In this document: positions 57,621 to 64,000 of the stretch, piece by piece | Layout of the letters: each line of letters begins with the position of its first letter | Position numbering within the stretch: the first letter of the stretch is position 1 | Virus record (IMG/VR): IMGVR_UViG_2648501802_000002 | Origin: a virus | Lineage: Duplodnaviria > Heunggongvirae > Uroviricota > Caudoviricetes | Length of the DNA stretch: 64,000 bases | Reading direction: 5' to 3' (one strand) | Position numbers and translations under genes: made by a program | Notes under the pieces: model-generated | What the model saw: the letters and a program-made list of their open reading frames with translations, nothing else | What the model was told of the DNA's origin: nothing | The model's database searches: none

Positions 57621-58455
57621 GTGCGCCCAGCATGGGCGCGATCTTGGAGGTGAAAGCCCTCCCGCGAGCTGACCACAGCGAGCGAAAGGAAGTGCAACTG
57701 CGTGAGGGCGGCTAGGCGTGGGGAGGAAGCACGGAATGAACCCGTGAGCCGATGAACAAGAATCGGATATGAGGCGCGATGGAGCAAGGCGAGCAGGCAC
57801 ATCACTGCGAAGCTTTCGTGACAAAGTCGCGTAGATCCGACGGTTGTGCGGGGAAGGATCGCGTTCTTACCTGGGGAGTTCTCGCCTCATGCCTGAAAGG
57901 GCAACGTCGTAAGACGGAGCGAGAAGTCAGCAGAGGCCGTAGTAGTCAGGACTCCGACGAAGGGCCGAACGAGAAGGAAAGCCAAAAGATATGACTCTTG
58001 ACAGGACATTGCGTCAGAAGCCGGGGAAGCCCGGTACGGACCCGCATGCCGGGTGGTGTGGCAGGGGCGCAGCCTTGTGCTCCCCCCTATGCCGATCAAG
58101 CAGAACATTGTGCTGGGCCTCTGACGCATCTCCTTGATGGTCTTGGCATCGTGCTTAAGTGGATTGGTGTCGTCTCTGATAGGCTCATGGAGGCAGAATG
58201 AAACTCAAAAATCCGGGACAGCACGCAAAACAGGCTGCACAAAAAGCGCAGGTTGCGTAGGAGTGGAATCCCGCTCCCAAAAAATGGTGCAGAAGTTGCG
58301 GCAGTGGTCATCCGACGCACTGGAAAATAACAAACCCGCCGTGACCAGAATCGGAGGCCTGAGGGAGTGACCGTAAAACCGGATAACCCAGGCAGCAAAT
58401 ACCCGCTGGATGAGGCATGGTTCCGGCAGATAATACCGAAAACCGCCAGACACAC
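57621..58455 (+). ncRNA. group II intron 5' segment, ORF-less or 3'-truncated
   Basis: Begins GTGCGCCCAG (GUGYG 5' consensus); GC-rich with no long ORF; ends at an abrupt drop to AT-rich sequence; no domain V identified. Confidence 0.55.
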
Positions 58456-58516
58456 TGGATAATCAGTAGAAATAACCCATTAAAATCATTATAATAATTG
58501 GGCACATTATTATATT

Positions 58517-59080
58517 ATGCTGAATAATAGAGACATGAATATTAATGAACTTAAAGACTGTATTCACTATGAAGTAATCGGTAGCGAGCGTCCTTTCTCC
58601 TGGCGAAAGGCAATTGTTCGCGCAATAAAACATAGAAGAGTTCGTTATTTATTTTGGTGGCGCATAGCCAAATACCTTTTTGATAAAGGCGGATACTGTC
58701 GGAAGATTGCGGGGAAAATGGAACGTTTCATTCTTGATAAATATAGTGTAACAGTCCCTTTAACTGTAAATATAGGGAAAGGCTTTGATATTTCTTATCT
58801 CAACGGTGTTGTTATCGGTCACAAAGTAACCATTGGTGAAAATTGTTCAATAAAACCAGGGGTAACTATTGGGCTACGTGGTGATTTTAATGATATGGAT
58901 ATTGTTATAGGACATAATGTGACCATTGGTTGTAATGCCACCATTCTTGGTGGCAAAGTGCGTATAGGAAACAATGTCACAATAGGTGCTCATGCATTGG
59001 TATTGCATGATATTCCTGATGATTCAACATTCATCACTAAATTTCAGTCTGAAGTTATCTGCTCGTCCTCTTGCACATAA
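58517..59080 (+). CDS. hexapeptide-repeat (left-handed beta-helix) acetyltransferase
   Basis: 187-aa ORF with repeats [14 protein letters not shown] / [15 protein letters not shown] / [15 protein letters not shown]; AT-rich; 3' end overlaps the convergent U gene. Confidence 0.65.
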   Translation: MLNNRDMNINELKDCIHYEVIGSERPFSWRKAIVRAIKHRRVRYLFWWRIAKYLFDKGGYCRKIAGKMERFILDKYSVTVPLTVNIGKGFDISYLNGVVIGHKVTIGENCSIKPGVTIGLRGDFNDMDIVIGHNVTIGCNATILGGKVRIGNNVTIGAHALVLHDIPDDSTFITKFQSEVICSSSCT

Positions 59081-59661
59081 CCCTGATTCATCAGCTCTGG
59101 CCATACGATATCCGGAGCTGTACTGGTGTCAATTCGACTCACTAATACTCTGTATTTTCTCCAGGAATCCAGTTGTGAATTTTCCTCGGTTGTTGCTATT
59201 TCAAGATTAACTGCATCCTGCAGAATTGCGATGTTATCTGTTGCCTCCTGAATCAACCTTGCCTTTTTCTCTTCCGCTTCCCGTATCCGAAACAGTTTTT
59301 CTGCTTCCTCATCCTTCACCCAGGATACGCCGTCCCACTTCTGATACTCCCCTGCTGGCGACAACCAGGTGACATTCTCTGGTAACGGTCCGAGTTCAGA
59401 AATAAACAACGCGTCCCCCGATGCCACGTCATAGACCGTTTTACCACGATGGTCTTCAACAATAATCCATGATTCATTTTCACTGTTAAAAACTGCCACA
59501 AAGCCAGCAGGAATTTCCGGTGGGGCGATATCTGTAGAATTAGCTGGTAGCCCTGTATGAGGTGGAATATATGCGTCACCTTCACCAATAAACTCATTAG
59601 TTCCGGCGAGCAGGTTATAAATTTTTACAGTACGTGATTGTTCACTCATTCTGAATGCCAT
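59044..59661 (-). CDS. tail fibre assembly protein (U/Tfa-like)
   Basis: 205-aa ORF directly downstream of the receptor-binding fibre gene with ATGA overlap. Confidence 0.6.
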   Translation of the reverse strand: MAFRMSEQSRTVKIYNLLAGTNEFIGEGDAYIPPHTGLPANSTDIAPPEIPAGFVAVFNSENESWIIVEDHRGKTVYDVASGDALFISELGPLPENVTWLSPAGEYQKWDGVSWVKDEEAEKLFRIREAEEKKARLIQEATDNIAILQDAVNLEIATTEENSQLDSWRKYRVLVSRIDTSTAPDIVWPELMNQGYVQEDEQITSD

Positions 59662-60552
59662 TATGCAAGCCTCACAATATAATTAAATGCGATGTTTTTA
59701 ACGGTGTTTTCCGAGTTACCAGCAGCGTTAACGGTGATGGTGTGTCCATGTGAACCAATCGCAACAGAGTGCGTATGAGCGCCAATATCAACTGTATGTG
59801 CATGCGCCCCTGCACTTGCAGCGGTGCCTGATACTGAGTGGGTGTGTGCACCAGAAGAAGGCACAGTTCCATTCCCCACCACAGTGCCGCTTGATGAGCC
59901 ATCAAGCCAGTCGAAATTCATACCGCCACCATCTGGTCTCCTTAATGGAACGGTATGAGTATGTGCGCCAGCACTATTTGCAGTACCAGATACATTGTGG
60001 GTATGTGCACCTGTGTTATTCGTTGATTTAGTACCGTAATCAAACGAAGATGTGGTTTTCGTACCCAAATCCGTATTGGATGCGCTGGCGCTGTGGGTGT
60101 GCGATTTAATGCCATCCTGTTCCAGAGACAATACGTCCCGACCACTGGCGGGTTTGCCCTTGATTGTCCAGCCACGCATATCCGGGATCACGCCTGACGG
60201 ATAAGCGGCTGCAAGTTTCGGGTATGCAGATTTGTCAAAAGTCTGTCCCTGCATCAGGGCGTAACCAGACGGCACAGTATCTGATGGCCACGGATGCGGA
60301 ACACCAACAGGAAGGACCTCAATATCCCCGGAACCATCAAACGAAACGTTATTAATTTTACGGGCTGTTTTCAGCTTTGTAGCCGTTGAGGCATTGCCGG
60401 ACAGCTCACCAGAAATGCCACCAACAACTGTTAGATCACCAGTTATTGTGCCGCCTGAACTTTCCAGTTTTTTAGCAACATCACTCTTAATAGAGTCGAT
60501 TTCTTTTTTTCAGATTAGTTATATCTGCTGGTATCGTTGTCACTGTTGCCAT
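59661..60552 (-). pseudogene. receptor-binding tail fibre gene with frameshift at an A7 tract
   Basis: AAGGA RBS + ATG at 60552 gives [16 protein letters not shown] then stop; removing one A from the run at 60504-60510 by hand gives a continuous frame of about 297 aa into ORF 59661..60275 (GAHTH repeats). Confidence 0.55.
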
Positions 60553-60725
60553 ATTAATTCCTTACGCCCATTCCCGCAGCGGTTGTTCTAATTGAACTTC
60601 AAAACCATCAAACATTTGTTGTTTCAAACTGTTGTTTAAAATACGAACATTAACGAAGAAGCCATCATTTTTAATCACTGTTGGTTCTTCGTTCTCGCCG
60701 TTTGGTATTTCGGTATATGTAACAC

Positions 60726-62153
60726 CTACAACATCAAGAAGAATGTTGTTTTGCAGCTCTTCATTATCGTGGTGCCGAGTTCTCTTAAACCAAGGTATTG
60801 GATAACAGCAAGGACGCTTGTTTTGGACAGAATATCGCGACCGACTGACGTTAAGTCAGTCTGAGAAACAGTGTCTGTACCGGTAAAGTACGGCAGTTTA
60901 TTTGCGCCTGTAGCAAGACCAGCAAGCGCGGTTAAAGTTGCATCCAGAGGCTGTTTGCCTGCCAGCGCATTTGTCATTGTTGTCGCAAAGTTCGGGTCAT
61001 TACCAAGTGCTGCGGCAAGCTCATTCAGGGTATCAAGAGCTTCTGGTGATGAACCAACCAATGCGGATATGGCAGCTCTTACATAAGCAGTCGTAGCAAT
61101 CTGCGTATTATTTGTGCCCTGCGCAGCCGTAGGCGCAGTAGGGACTCCCGTTAATGCAGGGCTTGCCAAAGGCGCTTTGAGGGCTAGGGCATTGTTGATA
61201 GTTGTGCTGAAATTCGGGTCGTTATTGATCGCAGCAGCTATTTCTTTAAGCGTATCCAGTGTGCCAGGTGCACCGTTGATAAGTGCCGTTATAGCTGACT
61301 TAACAAAGGCTGTATTTGCGATCTGCGTGCTATTTGTACCTTGCGCTGCCGTCGGCGCGGTTGGCGTTCCTGTCAGACTCGGGCTTTCTATTGGCGCTTT
61401 GGTATCAGCAAGACCTTTTACAGACTTAACGGCTTTAGGGGTAGCCGCCATTGTTTCGCTGTCGCTGTTAGTTTCGCTACTGAGCTGAACTAATCCCTTT
61501 TGCGTTGTGCTTGCATCCTGTGCCGTATACTTGCTTTTCGCCAGATCGTAGGCTTTTTTAGCTGCCAGCGAACTTGCAGCAACATCACTTCTGCTACTGG
61601 TTACAGAGTCTGAAATATCAATGCCGATCGTGCGGTTAATACGCTCGGATGTATCAATCATCTCCTGGGTAATGGCTGATACGCCAGCAGGGATATTCAC
61701 CGTACAAACAAGCAGCTCTCCATCTCCTAACTGATATGAATCGGTATAGGTTCTGGCAACAAATTCAGCCGCATGAATATGTGACGCGGTATTAACCTGA
61801 TAGGTATCCTCTCCAAGGAGGTATCTTCCCTTCAGCACAATTGCATATTTCTTGCCTTCACTAAGTGCAAGAGAAATATCCTTACGGTGCCGAATAGTTA
61901 CCTGGTAGAATTCACCAATATCCACTGACGCAGCGCCAGCAGTTTTATCACCATCCACTGAGGTGATTAACAGGTTCATACCACCGCCAGGCTTCGGCAG
62001 GAAACCGGCATAAAACCCAGGATCAACAATTCCCCTGAATTTTCGGTTTAGCGCGGCTGACAGATATGGTTCGTGGTATTGCACATCAGCCACCAGAGCC
62101 AGTGACTCGGGCGATGGGTAAGTAACTGATGTAACAACTGTAACGTCATTCAT
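60726..62153 (-). CDS. tail fibre protein, constant N-terminal part
   Basis: Start at MNDVTVV (62153, AAGGA RBS); Ala/Thr-rich repeats; ends 16 codons after the cix-like site with ...VIQYLGLRELG. Confidence 0.55.
   Translation of the reverse strand: MNDVTVVTSVTYPSPESLALVADVQYHEPYLSAALNRKFRGIVDPGFYAGFLPKPGGGMNLLITSVDGDKTAGAASVDIGEFYQVTIRHRKDISLALSEGKKYAIVLKGRYLLGEDTYQVNTASHIHAAEFVARTYTDSYQLGDGELLVCTVNIPAGVSAITQEMIDTSERINRTIGIDISDSVTSSRSDVAASSLAAKKAYDLAKSKYTAQDASTTQKGLVQLSSETNSDSETMAATPKAVKSVKGLADTKAPIESPSLTGTPTAPTAAQGTNSTQIANTAFVKSAITALINGAPGTLDTLKEIAAAINNDPNFSTTINNALALKAPLASPALTGVPTAPTAAQGTNNTQIATTAYVRAAISALVGSSPEALDTLNELAAALGNDPNFATTMTNALAGKQPLDATLTALAGLATGANKLPYFTGTDTVSQTDLTSVGRDILSKTSVLAVIQYLGLRELGTTIMKSCKTTFFLML
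60780..60805 (-). other. cix/hix/gix-like recombination site
   Basis: TTCTCTTAAACCAAGGTATTGGATAA: 12-bp inverted half-sites around an AA core, close to hixL TTCTTGAAAACCAAGGTTTTTGATAA. Confidence 0.6.
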
Positions 62154-62164
62154 CAAGCATATCC

Positions 62165-62599
62165 TTATGCTATAGTCGTGTTGATGGCCATAACTGCGGT
62201 ATATGTTTTTCCCACATACAGCGAGTCTTCCTGAACACAAATAATTGCGATGGGCTTATTCTCGTTATCCAGAACAACCAGAGTGTTGAATGGATAGTTT
62301 TTCCCTTCCTGCAACTGGCTTTGATCAAGGTCCATTCGGACAGTAATTATCCCGCCAGAGTAGGTTGGGACGAGGTTGATGGTGCAAAATTGACTGGTCA
62401 GTTCTGCCAACTCGAAAGTCTTTGGCAGTTCTCCAATGTCATAAGTACCATCTTCATTTTTGGTAACCAGCGAACTGGTGCCGAAAACGGCCTTGCTGAT
62501 TAAAAATCGAGAGCCTTTGTTAATGGACGATTCAGCGCGTCGCTGATAGTAATAATCCAACAACTGACTCTTATAGAGATTTGTTGAGACGTCAGACAT
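62165..62599 (-). CDS. tail fibre/baseplate-associated protein (R position)
   Basis: 144-aa ORF immediately upstream of the tail fibre gene. Confidence 0.4.
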   Translation of the reverse strand: MSDVSTNLYKSQLLDYYYQRRAESSINKGSRFLISKAVFGTSSLVTKNEDGTYDIGELPKTFELAELTSQFCTINLVPTYSGGIITVRMDLDQSQLQEGKNYPFNTLVVLDNENKPIAIICVQEDSLYVGKTYTAVMAINTTIA

Positions 62600-62677
62600 G
62601 ATTTTCCCTAATCAATGTTGTGAAGCCTCATTGTAAGAGAAGTAACTTGTCACCCCGCCCTGCGGACGGGGTAATTG

Positions 62678-63517
62678 TCAGGCATCGCTATCCAGCAGCA
62701 AATCATCTGCGCGGGAGCGATCAAACGTAGGCGTTGCTTTCACAATAGTGCCGCCCGGCGTTGCAGTGATCGGGGCACTAATCGACGTAACTCCGGCAAG
62801 CGAAGTTGTATCCGAAGTTTCAAACCAGCAGTACGCTTTTTCGGTATCAGAAATCTCGTTCAAAGTGATCATGTCGGCCTGTTCATTTACAACAACCGAC
62901 AAATAGAGCGTAAGCCCATCAAACACTATATGCAGTGGCAGTAGAGGCTTTACGAACTGATTAAACTTTCTGAGAATTTCTTCTGTAATTGCGGACTGAT
63001 CTATCGTGCCAGTAATACCCATTGTCCTGGCCAGGTCGTTTATGGGAATACTGATCATCCCTCTGGAAGTCAGAAACATCTCGCCGAATGTGCCGCCAGT
63101 AGTCTCCAGTGTGCTTTCTGGTATTAGAACTGTGCCATAGGGATGACGCTCAAGGTCCACCGGTGCATATATCGGATCCCATAAAACAGAAATACCGTTA
63201 AATTCGCGGTAAATTGTCTGGTTTATAGGACGTTCAGTTCCCTTAAAGTGGATCTCATCAAGCCGCTGTTGTAACAACATCGGAACGGAAGATGAGTTCG
63301 AGGTTCTGATAGTAAAGAACTGGCCAAGTTCATTTGTCCTGGTCTCCAGATCCTCCTTGCTCATGGAGAAAATAGACTTCCGGTTGGTAATTCGCTCCAA
63401 CCATGGGTCAACAAAGGTGTCCATCATTGACTGAACCAAATCAGCCAATGATTTATAGAGCAATGACTTTTGCTTAGCTGATGTAAGCCGGTTATTAAAC
63501 CAGGAACGCTGCATCAC
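62678..63517 (-). CDS. baseplate protein (gene 16 position)
   Basis: 279-aa ORF in the same block. Confidence 0.35.
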   Translation of the reverse strand: MMQRSWFNNRLTSAKQKSLLYKSLADLVQSMMDTFVDPWLERITNRKSIFSMSKEDLETRTNELGQFFTIRTSNSSSVPMLLQQRLDEIHFKGTERPINQTIYREFNGISVLWDPIYAPVDLERHPYGTVLIPESTLETTGGTFGEMFLTSRGMISIPINDLARTMGITGTIDQSAITEEILRKFNQFVKPLLPLHIVFDGLTLYLSVVVNEQADMITLNEISDTEKAYCWFETSDTTSLAGVTSISAPITATPGGTIVKATPTFDRSRADDLLLDSDA

Positions 63518-64000
63518 TCCTCCTCATACGAAATATTAAAGGTGGAGCTTTCTGTATCCAGATAAACGAAATCGTAAAAGCCGTTGGACTCATTCCACTC
63601 GACAAATTCCAGATAAAAGTCGCGGAAATAACCCAGCGTTTCGATAAACGCCCAAACGTCTTTTTTCTTAATCAGGATGTACTTTCCGACGCGGTTCGGA
63701 TCAAAGAAAGTTGAGTCGCGCCCAAATTTTGTTTCCAGTGCCGACTTCAGCTCATCGGTCACATTCTCAATGGTCAGGCTTGCCGATATCCGTCCGGTGA
63801 TGGTTATCTTAAATGGTAGTTTTCTGACCTCTTTATAAGAGAATTTCTTGTTCAGTTCATTCGGTACCTTCTTAAAGGCAGTCAGGATCATTTCTTCAAG
63901 CTCTGACTGGCTTTTATTTGGATGCCATCCTGAAATAAATATCTTATTGATATTCTGAACATTATAAGCACCATCTAATTTCTCTTGCTGGCCTTCGCCC
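63514..64000 (-). CDS. baseplate-like protein, 5' end outside window
   Basis: Reading frame of ORF 63514..63891 stays open upstream to the window edge. Confidence 0.35.
   Translation of the reverse strand, partial: GEGQQEKLDGAYNVQNINKIFISGWHPNKSQSELEEMILTAFKKVPNELNKKFSYKEVRKLPFKITITGRISASLTIENVTDELKSALETKFGRDSTFFDPNRVGKYILIKKKDVWAFIETLGYFRDFYLEFVEWNESNGFYDFVYLDTESSTFNISYEEE

Noticed and set aside
57575-58455. Short ORFs on both strands inside the intron-like region as a possible intron-encoded reverse transcriptase/maturase
   Set aside because: All are 60-120 aa, overlap each other, and none shows RT motifs such as YADD or a maturase domain; the region is better explained as structured RNA.
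58418-58455. A second cix-like site that would define an invertible segment with 60780-60805
   Set aside because: The sequence shares only TTATCCA and a GGTTTTCGG-like stretch, separated by extra bases; too degenerate to call a functional partner.

Overview
The window reads as one contiguous segment of a P1-like temperate phage / phage-plasmid genome with several accessory insertions. All calls rest on reading the sequence and ORF track by eye and on recalled family signatures; no search was run. Backbone, left to right: 3' end of a Dam-like methyltransferase gene, a tRNA cluster (Asn, Thr, a Ser-like tRNA, a CAU tRNA), a TerB-like gene with two tiny coupled membrane ORFs, a DnaB-like helicase (ban), a morphogenesis block with two phosphatases, phd-doc, lpa, pacA-pacB with the internal pac site, c1-coi, a DarB-like gene, portal and protease, SAR endolysin, ssb, the dar/lyd operon and tail-fibre/baseplate genes. 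At least eleven 17-bp C1-operator-like sites (ATTGCTCTAATAAATTT) are spread across it. Accessory content: a Type I R-M system (hsdR-hsdS-hsdM) whose hsdS carries a 12-bp TAEL-coding tandem repeat; an antirepressor module next to c1; a cargo island (decayed serine recombinase, SnoaL-like gene, DJ-1/AraC regulator, MBL hydrolase); an AT-rich EAL + AraC pair; a tnpB-only IS200/IS605 element between portal and protease; and a group II intron 5' fragment set directly behind a 12-bp hairpin, followed by an AT-rich hexapeptide acetyltransferase where cin and the alternative tail-fibre genes would be expected. Several genes are broken at homopolymer tracts (A7, A7, G5, A4), which could be biology or assembly error. 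No CRISPR array, rRNA, cre/lox or cin gene was found.
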